In this document: positions 48,349-56,824 of the stretch, one piece after another
How the letters are laid out: each line of letters begins with the position of its first letter
Position numbering within the stretch: position 1 is the first letter of the stretch
Source: Sphingomonas sp.
GTDB taxonomy: Bacteria; Pseudomonadota; Alphaproteobacteria; Sphingomonadales; Sphingomonadaceae
Reading direction: 5' to 3'
NCBI RefSeq assembly: GCF_013816785.1
Contig: NZ_JACDDV010000003.1
Span: forward strand, 3,838 to 67,837
DNA length: 64,000 nt
Notes under the pieces: generated by a model
Databases searched by the model: none
What the model was told of the DNA's origin: nothing
What the model saw: the letters and a program-made list of their open reading frames with translations, nothing else
Position numbers and translations under genes: made by a program

Positions 48349-48364
48349 CCGTAGGGGTCACCAT
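48349..48364. repeat. attR: 16-bp direct repeat
   Basis: CCGTAGGGGTCACCAT is identical to the tRNA-Glu 3' end at 40064-40079. Confidence 0.8.
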
Positions 48365-48501
48365 CGACCGAGTACCCGATAACGTTTGGCCATTTTGTTG
48401 GTTGTGGCGGTGGGGCCGGGGTGTTGGCGAGTTCTTCCTCGCTTTGGAGCGACGACACGACTGTCCGCTTTGGATGGGGACAGCGGACGATTTCTGCTGC
48501 T

Positions 48502-49551
48502 ATGGCCTGGCCAATGCACGACAGACGCACGGCAATCCAGGCCATCGGTTCCTTCGCTGCTGCGGCCGCGCTGCCGTCCGCTGTTCTCAGTGCGACAGGA
48601 GTAAGGCCGAAGCCGCCCCGGCTGCGGCGCGGAGACACGGTGGGCCTGGTCAAACCGGCGGGTTTCCTAGCCGAGGAGTTCGATCTCCAACTCGCCTTGG
48701 AAACCATCGCCGCCATGGGTCTTATCCCCAAGCCGGCACCGCATCTGCAGGCGCGCTTTGGCTATCTGGCGGGAACCGACGAGGCCCGGGCGGCCGACCT
48801 CAACGCCATGTATGCCGACGACAGCGTGCGGGCAGTCTTCGCCGTTCGCGGCGGCTGGGGCTCCGCTCGAATCCTGCCCTATTTGGACTTCGACTTGATC
48901 CGCGCCAATCCAAAGCTGCTGATCGGCTTCAGCGACATCACGGCTTTGCACATGGCATTTGCAGCGCGAGTAGGATTCCCGACCATTCACGGCCCAAACG
49001 CCGCTGGTGCATGGGGAAAACTGTCCTGGAACGCCTTCAAAAGCATTGCCTTCGACGCCAAAACTCCCGTGTACGGCAACCCCATAGCGACTGAGGATCG
49101 GCTCGTGCAGCGCGATTGGCGCACGCAGACGATTCGCCCCGGCAAGGCCGTCGGGCGGCTGCTCGGCGGCAATCTCACAGTTCTCACTTCGCTGATGGGT
49201 ACGCCGTACTTGCCGGCGTTCGACAAGAGCATATTGTTCCTGGAGGATCTCGACGAAGCCGAATATCGTATCGACCGTATGCTCACGCAACTGGCGCTGG
49301 CCGGCGTGCTGCGTCGCGTCGCTGGCGTGATCTTCGGGCAGTGTACCAATTGCAAGTCTTCGGGCCCCTCCTATGGTGGATTTACCGTTTCGCAGGTGTT
49401 GAGGCAGCATCTGCAGCCGCTTGGCGTTCCGGTTTATCAGGGTGCGCTGATCGGACATGTCGACGACCAGTTCAGCATCCCGATCGGAGTTCGAGCCGAG
49501 ATGGACGCCACCGCCGGCACCATCCGAATACTCGAACCCGCTGTCTCCTGA
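48502..49551 (+). CDS. LD-carboxypeptidase (peptidase S66, LdcA-like) with Tat-type leader
   Basis: S66 blocks ...GYLAGTDEARAADLN..., GGWGSARILPYLD, and LIGFSDITALH (nucleophile Ser). Leader MAWPMHDRRTAIQAIGSFAAAAALPSAVLSA. Confidence 0.85.
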   Translation: MAWPMHDRRTAIQAIGSFAAAAALPSAVLSATGVRPKPPRLRRGDTVGLVKPAGFLAEEFDLQLALETIAAMGLIPKPAPHLQARFGYLAGTDEARAADLNAMYADDSVRAVFAVRGGWGSARILPYLDFDLIRANPKLLIGFSDITALHMAFAARVGFPTIHGPNAAGAWGKLSWNAFKSIAFDAKTPVYGNPIATEDRLVQRDWRTQTIRPGKAVGRLLGGNLTVLTSLMGTPYLPAFDKSILFLEDLDEAEYRIDRMLTQLALAGVLRRVAGVIFGQCTNCKSSGPSYGGFTVSQVLRQHLQPLGVPVYQGALIGHVDDQFSIPIGVRAEMDATAGTIRILEPAVS

Positions 49552-49704
49552 CGGACTTCGGCTGGTGCATCGATTCAACGCGAAGGTCTTGGCGCAGAGC
49601 TAAGGTCGCTCAGGTAATAACCTTGGGGTGTCCATCCAACGCTCTCGCGTGCAATGAAGCGGAGGATTGGCGAAATAGCAGTCTGGCGCGTGCGGGAGTT
49701 CACC

Positions 49705-51009
49705 GTGAATCATTTTGAGCTCCGTGACGGCGTACTACATTGCGAAGACGTGCCGCTCCCGCTGATCGCGCGGGAGGTGGGCACGCCGGTCTATGTCTAT
49801 TCGACGGCGGCCATGCAAAGGCATGCGCGGGTTTTCAAATCCGCGTTGGCTTCCCTCCGCGATCCGCTGGTCGCCTTTGCTGTCAAAGCCAACCCGAATG
49901 TCGCAGTTCTGGCGACGCTCGCGGCCGAAGGGTTCGGCGCGGACGTCGTTTCCGGAGGGGAATATCGCCGGGCGCGCGCAGCCGGGATTCCGGCGGACCA
50001 AATCGTGTTTTCCGGAGTCGGGAAAACCGCGGATGAAATGGAACTGGCGCTCGAGGGCGGGCTCTTCCAATTCAACGTCGAGTCCTTAGCCGAAGCCGAG
50101 ATGCTGTCGCACGTCGCGGTGTCCATGGGCCGTGTGGCTCCCATAAGCTTCCGGATAAATCCCGACGTGGCGGCGGGCTCTCACGCGAAGATCTCCACCG
50201 GCGGGGCCCAGGACAAGTTCGGGATCAACGCTGCCGACCTCATTCGCGCCTTCGAAATGGCCCGCGAGCTTCCCGGCTTGGAGGCGAAAGGGATTGCCGT
50301 TCACATCGGCAGTCAGCTTACCAGGCTCGAGCCCCTGGAGGCAGCGTTCACGAAACTCGGCGAGCTCATTGTTGAATTGAGGGCGGCGGGTCATTCGATC
50401 ACGGTGGCCGATCTGGGCGGCGGGCTCGGCGTTCCCTACGATCCCGCTGCGCCGTTGCCGCCAAGCCCTGCCGATTATGCTGCCCTGGTCGACCGTATTG
50501 CCGCTGGATGGGGGCTCCGGCTGGTGTTCGAGCCAGGCCGGCTGATCGTCGGCAACGCCGGCGTTCTCCTGACTCGGGTCATACGATTGAAGGAAGGACC
50601 CAAGTGCCCGTTCGTAATCGTCGACGCGGGGATGAACGACTTGATGCGCCCGAGCCTTTACGATGCTTGGCATGGGATCGAAGCGGTCGCTCCGAGAGGC
50701 GACAACATCGTCGCCGACATCGTCGGCCCGGTTTGTGAATCGGGCGACACCTTCGCGCGAGCGCGGGTCATCAGCCAGGTCGAGCCGGGCGACCTGATGG
50801 TCATTCGGACCGCCGGCGCTTATGCTGCGACGATGGGGAGCACCTATAATTCACGCCCTCTCGCCGCCGAGGTGCTGGTGAATGGCAGCGAATGGGCAGT
50901 TGTCCGCGAGAGGCAGGATGTGGAGGCGCTGATTGCCGGCGACATCGTCCCGCCTTGGCTACCCACAGGGGGTCGCGCCGACGGCGCGTCCCGTCGCGGC
51001 GGCACGTGA
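49705..51009 (+). CDS. lysA: diaminopimelate decarboxylase
   Basis: VNHFELRDGVLHCEDVPL...GTPVYVYS...AVKANPN (PLP Lys)...CESGD. GTG 49705 is preferred. It has about 18 extra C-terminal residues overlapping the next gene. Confidence 0.95.
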   Translation: MNHFELRDGVLHCEDVPLPLIAREVGTPVYVYSTAAMQRHARVFKSALASLRDPLVAFAVKANPNVAVLATLAAEGFGADVVSGGEYRRARAAGIPADQIVFSGVGKTADEMELALEGGLFQFNVESLAEAEMLSHVAVSMGRVAPISFRINPDVAAGSHAKISTGGAQDKFGINAADLIRAFEMARELPGLEAKGIAVHIGSQLTRLEPLEAAFTKLGELIVELRAAGHSITVADLGGGLGVPYDPAAPLPPSPADYAALVDRIAAGWGLRLVFEPGRLIVGNAGVLLTRVIRLKEGPKCPFVIVDAGMNDLMRPSLYDAWHGIEAVAPRGDNIVADIVGPVCESGDTFARARVISQVEPGDLMVIRTAGAYAATMGSTYNSRPLAAEVLVNGSEWAVVRERQDVEALIAGDIVPPWLPTGGRADGASRRGGT

Positions 51010-51890
51010 GGCTTCGCCACATCGAGATCTTCCATGCGGTCTACGTGAACGGTTCGGTCAGCGCGGCCGCGCGTGCATTGAACATATCGCAACCCTCGGT
51101 TTCCAAGACGCTCCGTCACGCGGAGTCGCTGCTCGGTTTCCAGTTGTTTCAGCGTACCAGCGGAGGTCTCGTGCCCACCGGAGACGCGCACGCCCTGTTC
51201 ATCGAGGTCAGCGAGATTCAGGATCGAGTCTACGCCTTACGCGAGGCAGGGCGCAATTTGAGACGCGGCGGGGGTGCGGTACTGCGAGTGTCGGCGCTCC
51301 CGTCGCTGTCTCTTAAAGCCGTGCCGACAGCGGTAGCGCAGTTTTTGCGAACCCATGAAACGGTCAAGTTCGACCTGCAGACGGTCCACCATGACGATCT
51401 CGTGCGCAAGCTGTACGAGCGCGAAACCGATCTCGCGGTCGCCTATCAGGTTCCGCCGGCTGGGCCGATCGGCTGCCAATTGCTCGGCGAGGGCGAGCTG
51501 GTCCTTCTCTACCGCGAGGAGGACATGCCCGCTGCGCCGCCACAGGTAGAACTCAGCCTCCTGCGCGATCAGCGTTTCATCAGCCTTGCCGACAGCGGCC
51601 CGATCGGCTTTCTCTTCACCCAAGAGCTGAAGCGCCTCGAGCTCGAACTCGACGCGGTCGTATCCGCCCGCACTTTCTACATCGCCACCGCGCTGGTCCA
51701 GCAGGGCGTCGGAATGACGGTCGTCGACAGTTTTACTGCCAAGGCATCGGTGGCACCGGGACTGTCGGTGCGCCCGCTAAATCCGCCGCTCACTTTCCCC
51801 GTGCACGGCATGTATCTGCTCAATCGGCCGCCGACGGCGCTCGCCACGGATTTCCTCAAGACGCTTGGGCGAGTGATCGGCGCTCCATAA
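51006..51890 (+). CDS. LysR-type transcriptional regulator
   Basis: HTH LRHIEIFHAVYVNGSVSAAARALNISQPSVSKTLRHAE. The GTG start overlaps the lysA stop (GTGA at 51006-51009). Confidence 0.9.
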   Translation: MRLRHIEIFHAVYVNGSVSAAARALNISQPSVSKTLRHAESLLGFQLFQRTSGGLVPTGDAHALFIEVSEIQDRVYALREAGRNLRRGGGAVLRVSALPSLSLKAVPTAVAQFLRTHETVKFDLQTVHHDDLVRKLYERETDLAVAYQVPPAGPIGCQLLGEGELVLLYREEDMPAAPPQVELSLLRDQRFISLADSGPIGFLFTQELKRLELELDAVVSARTFYIATALVQQGVGMTVVDSFTAKASVAPGLSVRPLNPPLTFPVHGMYLLNRPPTALATDFLKTLGRVIGAP

Positions 51891-51928
51891 CGGGAAGCTA
51901 TGGCGGGCGCCGCACTCGATATGCGCAG

Positions 51929-52969
51929 ATGCCGCTTGGCGGAAGATACGCTTCGCCCAAGATGATCCCCGCCCCGTACCTCCTCTACATTGGCCGCAGC
52001 GTCGATGCCGTCGCTATCAAGACCTCGCGGGGTCTCGCGACCTTCCGCCCCAAGGATTGCGTCGGAGAATTTCGCCACGACAATTGCCCACTGACTCTCG
52101 GGCTGCCCCGCCTCGGCATGGCCGAAGCCGTAGCGGCCGGCGCTCGGACGCTGGTGCTGGGAATCGCCAATCCCGGCGGCACGTTCGAACAGCATCTGAT
52201 CGAAGATGCCGAAGCTGCGCTCCACGCCGGGATGAATGTCGCCGCGGGACTTCATCAACGGCTGCGCGACCAGCAGCGGCTGGCCTCCCTCGCGCGCGAA
52301 CAGAAACTGCAACTGTTCGACGTTCGCGACCGGCCGGCGGATCCCGTCGTCGGCACAGGCTATCCGCGGCCGGGGCATCGACTCCTGACGGTCGGCACCG
52401 ACTGCTCGACCGGCAAGATGTATGCGGCGCTCGCCCTGACCTCCGCCATGCGCGAGCGCGGGCTTGCCGCGGACTTCCGTGCCACCGGCCAGACGGGCAT
52501 CCTGATCGCTGGCGCAGGAGTGCCTGTCGACGCCGTCATCGCCGACTTCATCTCGGGCGCGATCGAACAATTGGCCCCGGCCCGCAGCGACGGCGGCTGG
52601 GATGTGGTAGAGGGTCAGGGCTCGCTGTTTCATCCGTCGTTCGCCGGGGTTTCCACAGGGCTGCTTCACGGAGCGCAGCCGGAAGCGATCGTGATATGTC
52701 ACGATCCCGACCGCACCGACATGCGCGGCCTTCGGGGGCGGGCGCTTCCGGACCTGGCCGAATGCCTTGAGCAGAACCTGAACGTCGGCAGGCTCACCAG
52801 CCCCAACATCCGAGCCGTCGGCATCTGCCTCAACACGTCGCAAATGGATGCCGTGTCAGCACGGCGACTGTGCGAGCGTACCGAAGACCGTCTCGGCGTG
52901 CCCTGCACGGATCCAATCGCGTTTGGCGTCGAAAATATCGTCGACGAATTGTTATGCACCGTACCCTAG
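51929..52969 (+). CDS. DUF1611 domain protein (DgcN-like putative D-glutamate N-acetyltransferase)
   Basis: ...LTVGTDCSTGKMYAALAL...VEGQGSLFHPSFAGVS... is the typical DUF1611 pattern. Alternative ATG at 51962. Confidence 0.85.
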   Translation: MPLGGRYASPKMIPAPYLLYIGRSVDAVAIKTSRGLATFRPKDCVGEFRHDNCPLTLGLPRLGMAEAVAAGARTLVLGIANPGGTFEQHLIEDAEAALHAGMNVAAGLHQRLRDQQRLASLAREQKLQLFDVRDRPADPVVGTGYPRPGHRLLTVGTDCSTGKMYAALALTSAMRERGLAADFRATGQTGILIAGAGVPVDAVIADFISGAIEQLAPARSDGGWDVVEGQGSLFHPSFAGVSTGLLHGAQPEAIVICHDPDRTDMRGLRGRALPDLAECLEQNLNVGRLTSPNIRAVGICLNTSQMDAVSARRLCERTEDRLGVPCTDPIAFGVENIVDELLCTVP

Positions 52970-53949
52970 ACGCGCGACACGAACGCTTCGCCCTTAGCCA
53001 TCCCTTCCGGATTTCCCGCGGCGTCAAGACCGTCGCCGACGTGATCACCGTGACCGTTCGGGAGGAGGGCGCGACCGGCCGTGGAGAGGGCGTTCCCTAC
53101 CAGCGGTACGGAGAGGATGTGGCCAGCGCCCTCGCAGCGGTGGAGGAGGTTCGGGAAGCCGTCGAGGCCGGTGCCAACAGGCACGGGCTGCTGTCGATCC
53201 TGCCAGCCGGCGCCGCTCGCAACGCGATCGATTGCGCGCTCTGGGATCTCGAGGCGCGTCGCTCGAAACGCGACGTGGCGAACATGATCGGAGCGCCGCC
53301 GCCACGGCGCATGACCTCCGCTCTGACCATTGTCATCGACTCTCCCGATGCGATGGAATCTGCCGCCCGGCGCTTCGCGGATGCCCCGCTCCTCAAGGTA
53401 AAAGTCGACTCGAAAGACCCGGCCGCCCAGATCCGAGCGGTGCGAAGGGGGGCGCCCAACGCGGCCCTGATCGTCGACCCCAACGAAAGCTGGGACAAGC
53501 CTTTGGTCGAGGCAATGCAGCCGGTGCTCGTCGAAGCCGCCGTGGCGCTGCTCGAACAGCCCGTGCCCGCTGACGCAGACGCCTGGCTCGAAGGCTTCGT
53601 GTCCGCTGTTCCGATCTGCGCCGACGAAGCGGTCCATTTAGCTTCGGACCTTCCGACAGTCGCCCGGCGCTACCAGGCGGTGAACGTCAAGCTCGACAAG
53701 AGCGGCGGCCTCACCGCCGCACTGGAACTCGCCCGCGCGGCGCGGGCGAGCGGCCTCGGCTTGATGACCGGCTGCATGGTCAGCTCCTCCTTGTCGATTG
53801 CGCCCGCATTGCACATTGCCCGACTCTCCGACTTCGTCGACCTTGACGGCCCGTTGTGGCTGCGGGAGGACAGGCCCGGTGGGGTCAAGAACGAGGACGG
53901 CATCCTCCTTCCCCCCGAAGCGGGGTTTTGGGGGACATCATGCGGTTGA
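52954..53949 (+). CDS. enolase-superfamily dipeptide / N-acyl-amino-acid epimerase (L-Ala-D/L-Glu epimerase / DgcA-like)
   Basis: MR/MLE fold blocks: ...LKVKV (catalytic Lys region), IVDPNESW, LEQPV, ADEA, NVKLDKSGG. 16-nt overlap with the DUF1611 gene. Confidence 0.85.
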   Translation: MHRTLDARHERFALSHPFRISRGVKTVADVITVTVREEGATGRGEGVPYQRYGEDVASALAAVEEVREAVEAGANRHGLLSILPAGAARNAIDCALWDLEARRSKRDVANMIGAPPPRRMTSALTIVIDSPDAMESAARRFADAPLLKVKVDSKDPAAQIRAVRRGAPNAALIVDPNESWDKPLVEAMQPVLVEAAVALLEQPVPADADAWLEGFVSAVPICADEAVHLASDLPTVARRYQAVNVKLDKSGGLTAALELARAARASGLGLMTGCMVSSSLSIAPALHIARLSDFVDLDGPLWLREDRPGGVKNEDGILLPPEAGFWGTSCG

Positions 53950-55508
53950 TCCGGCAAGCCTTGATAGCAGCGGCTTTCCTTGCGCTCACCGCTTGCGCTG
54001 CCCCAAGCTTGGAAACGGCGGATCTGCTGATTCGAGGCGGCACTGTCTACACCGGTTCGGATGCGCCATTTACCGGCGACGTCGCGATCCGCGGCGACAA
54101 GATTTACGCGGTCGGCCGAAGTGTAGGCGGCCGCGCCAAGCGCATCATCGACGCGAGGGGCATGATCGTTGCCCCCGGGTTCATCGATCCGCATACGCAT
54201 CTGGACGAAGAACTGAGTTCCGACGACGCTCGTACCCGGCTCGTTCCCGCCTTCCTGATGCAGGGCGTCACCACGGCGTTCATCGGCAATGACGGCGGCG
54301 GCGATCCGGACGTCGCGGCTGTTCTGCGTAGCGCAGCGACCAGGCCTGTCGGGATCAACTATGCCGCATTTGTCGGCTTTGGCGCAATTCGCAAGACAGT
54401 CGTCGGGGAAGCGAACCGCGCGCCCGCGCCCGGCGAGGTCGCGCGGATGGAGGCGATGGTCGCTCGCGCGATGTGCGAAGGCGCGCTGGGCCTTTCGACC
54501 GGGCTGTTCTACGCACCGGAAAGCTTCGCCGACACCGGAGAGATCGTCGCCTTGGCTAGGAAAGCAGGAGCGCTTGGCGGCATCTACGACACCCACATTC
54601 GCGACGAATCCAGCTACACCGTTGGCCTTGCCGCGGCGGTTGACGAAGCAATCGCCATCGGCCGTCAGGCAAGGCTGCCCATCCACATTTCCCATATCAA
54701 GGCGCTCGGCGTCGATGTGCAAGGTCAGGCGCCGCTGATCATCGCCCAAATCGAGGCCGCGCGTCGTTCCGGCCAGCGCATCACCGCCGACCAATATCCC
54801 TGGTCCGCGTCCGGCACCAAACTGGCCGCCGCGCTGGTGCCGCTGTGGGCGCAGGACGGAGGGCGCCGCGCGTTGCTCGATCGCCTTGGCGATGCCGCGC
54901 TCGCCGAGCGGCTCCGCTCCGGAATGGCCGAAAATCTGCGTAAGCGCGGTGGTGCGGAAGCGCTGCTGATCACCCAAGGCGAGTTCAAGGGACACACACT
55001 CGCCCAGCTGGCGAAATCTCGAGGCGAAGACCCAATCGCCGCGGCAATGACCGTGATCCGGCTTGACGATCCCGCTGTCGCTTCATTCAATCAGAGCGAG
55101 CAGGATATCGCCGCGTTCATGCGGCAGCCGTGGGTGATGACCAGCTCCGATGCCTCTCCAGGCCATCCGCGCGTCTACGGCAGCTTCGCTCGCAAATATG
55201 CGAAATATGTGGTCGCGGAGCACGTGATCTCCCTGCGCGACTTCAACGAGCGTAGCTCGACCCTCACCGCAGAGACGTATGGGCTAGCTGGCCGCGGGCA
55301 CCTGAAGCCTGGCGCCTTTGCCGACATAGTCGTGTTCGATCCCAAGCGCTTCGCCGCCCGCGCCACTTATGAGCAGCCGACCCTGCTCGCCATTGGCGTT
55401 CGCCATGTGCTCGTCAACGGCGTGCTGGCGGTCGATGATGGCCAGCTCACCGGCGGGGCAGCTGGCCGCGCGCTGGCCCACGTGGCGACCCCCGGGAGTT
55501 GCCGATGA
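53940..55508 (+). CDS. N-acyl-D-amino-acid deacylase (D-aminoacylase family amidohydrolase), predicted lipoprotein
   Basis: LLIRGGTVYTG...APGFIDPHTH...ISHIKALG...ADQYPWSASGT. Leader MRLIRQALIAAAFLALTAC (lipobox LTAC). 10-nt overlap with the epimerase gene. Confidence 0.85.
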   Translation: MRLIRQALIAAAFLALTACAAPSLETADLLIRGGTVYTGSDAPFTGDVAIRGDKIYAVGRSVGGRAKRIIDARGMIVAPGFIDPHTHLDEELSSDDARTRLVPAFLMQGVTTAFIGNDGGGDPDVAAVLRSAATRPVGINYAAFVGFGAIRKTVVGEANRAPAPGEVARMEAMVARAMCEGALGLSTGLFYAPESFADTGEIVALARKAGALGGIYDTHIRDESSYTVGLAAAVDEAIAIGRQARLPIHISHIKALGVDVQGQAPLIIAQIEAARRSGQRITADQYPWSASGTKLAAALVPLWAQDGGRRALLDRLGDAALAERLRSGMAENLRKRGGAEALLITQGEFKGHTLAQLAKSRGEDPIAAAMTVIRLDDPAVASFNQSEQDIAAFMRQPWVMTSSDASPGHPRVYGSFARKYAKYVVAEHVISLRDFNERSSTLTAETYGLAGRGHLKPGAFADIVVFDPKRFAARATYEQPTLLAIGVRHVLVNGVLAVDDGQLTGGAAGRALAHVATPGSCR

Positions 55509-56755
55509 GCGTAGTGCGCGGCTGGTTTGCGATACCGCTGTGGAAGCGCGTGCTGGGCGCGCTTGCGCTCGGCGTTGCCTTCGCCTTCCTGTGGCCCGGA
55601 GCGACTCCGGCGGTAGCGTTCATGGGCGATCTGTTCGTTCGCGCGATTCGCATGCTGGTGGCGCCGATCGTGCTCGTGACGATTGCCGCCGGAATCACCA
55701 CGCTTGGCGACCCGAAGCGGCTCGGCGGACTCGGCGGCCGCGCCATTGGACTGTTTGCGCTTACCACGGCCATTGCGGTCTCCGTGGGCATGGCCGTGGC
55801 GACGTTGATCCGGCCCGGCGTGGGCGCGCCGCTCGGCACCGCGGCCCCACATGCACTGGGAGAGCCAGTCACTCCGTATGAGCAGCTCATCGGAATCATC
55901 CCGGTCAATATCGTCGAGGCACTGGCCAAAGGCGATATGCTGGCGCTCATCTTCGTGTCGATTATCATTGGCGTTGGGACGGTCGTGGCCGGTGAGCCGG
56001 GGAAGCCGTTCGCCACCCTTCTGCAATCCACCTCTTCGGTGCTGTTCAAGATCGTCGGCATCGTCATGGAAGCGACGCCTTTCGGCGTATTCGCGCTGAT
56101 TGCGAACGCCGTCGCTGCCAACGGCGCCGCGGTGTTCGTCAACGTCGGCTGGCTTGCGCTTGCGGTGGTCCTTGGGTCGTTGATTCAAATACTCGTGGTC
56201 CACACATTGTTGTTGAGGTTCGTCGCTCGGGTGCCGATTCTCCCTTATTTCCGCAGCATCGTTGATGCGCTGGTGGTCGCCTTCGCGACCGCGTCGAGCT
56301 CCGCGACTCTGCCGGTGGCAATGCGCGTCGCGGAAAAGAATCTCGGGGTCGCGCGGCCGATTTTCTCGACGGTCCTGCCGCTGGGGGCGAGCATCGGCAA
56401 GGACGGCACGGCAATGTATGTCGGACTGCTCAGCCTGTTCGCGCTCCAGGCGTTCGGGGCACCGCTCACACCCACGGTCTACGGGCTCGTCCTGTTGACC
56501 GGCGCTCTCGCCGCGTTCGGCACCGCGCCGGTGCCATCCGCCTCGCTGTTCATGCTTGCCGCGGTGCTTTCGGCGGTCGGCATCGCCCCCGAGCAGACCG
56601 CGCTGGTGGTCGGTTTCGTGTTGCCGTTCGACCGGCTCCTCGACATGACACGCACGGTTCCCAGCGCGAGCGCCAACCTAGCGGTGACGACGGCGGTCGC
56701 CCGCTTGGAAGGCGAGCTGAACGAGGAGGTCTACCGCGCCCGACCGGAAGCCTGA
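55505..56755 (+). CDS. dicarboxylate/amino acid:cation symporter (DAACS/GltP family)
   Basis: ...FVRAIRMLVAPIVLVTIAAGI..., ...SSSATLPV..., ...GASIGKDGTAMY... conserved DAACS blocks. ATGA overlap with the upstream gene. Confidence 0.9.
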   Translation: MSVVRGWFAIPLWKRVLGALALGVAFAFLWPGATPAVAFMGDLFVRAIRMLVAPIVLVTIAAGITTLGDPKRLGGLGGRAIGLFALTTAIAVSVGMAVATLIRPGVGAPLGTAAPHALGEPVTPYEQLIGIIPVNIVEALAKGDMLALIFVSIIIGVGTVVAGEPGKPFATLLQSTSSVLFKIVGIVMEATPFGVFALIANAVAANGAAVFVNVGWLALAVVLGSLIQILVVHTLLLRFVARVPILPYFRSIVDALVVAFATASSSATLPVAMRVAEKNLGVARPIFSTVLPLGASIGKDGTAMYVGLLSLFALQAFGAPLTPTVYGLVLLTGALAAFGTAPVPSASLFMLAAVLSAVGIAPEQTALVVGFVLPFDRLLDMTRTVPSASANLAVTTAVARLEGELNEEVYRARPEA

Positions 56756-56824
56756 GCACACTCGCTGTGAGGAGTTGGCCGCTCGCCGTATTGTTCCGGC
56801 GGCTATCGTCGCTAACGTCAGCTG

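Larger units (their letters stand above)
40080..48364. mobile_element. tRNA-Glu-associated genomic island (~8.3 kb) with cusCBA-type metal efflux cargo and a decayed integrase
   Basis: Bounded by identical 16-bp direct repeats, one of which is the tRNA 3' end. Visibly AT-richer non-coding ends (40080-40560, 46708-47190). P4-type tyrosine integrase remnant at the distal end. Confidence 0.8.

Noticed and set aside
53670-54995. 441-aa minus-strand ORF
   Set aside because: It is antisense to the epimerase and D-aminoacylase genes and is a low-complexity Arg/Gly/Ala-rich translation.
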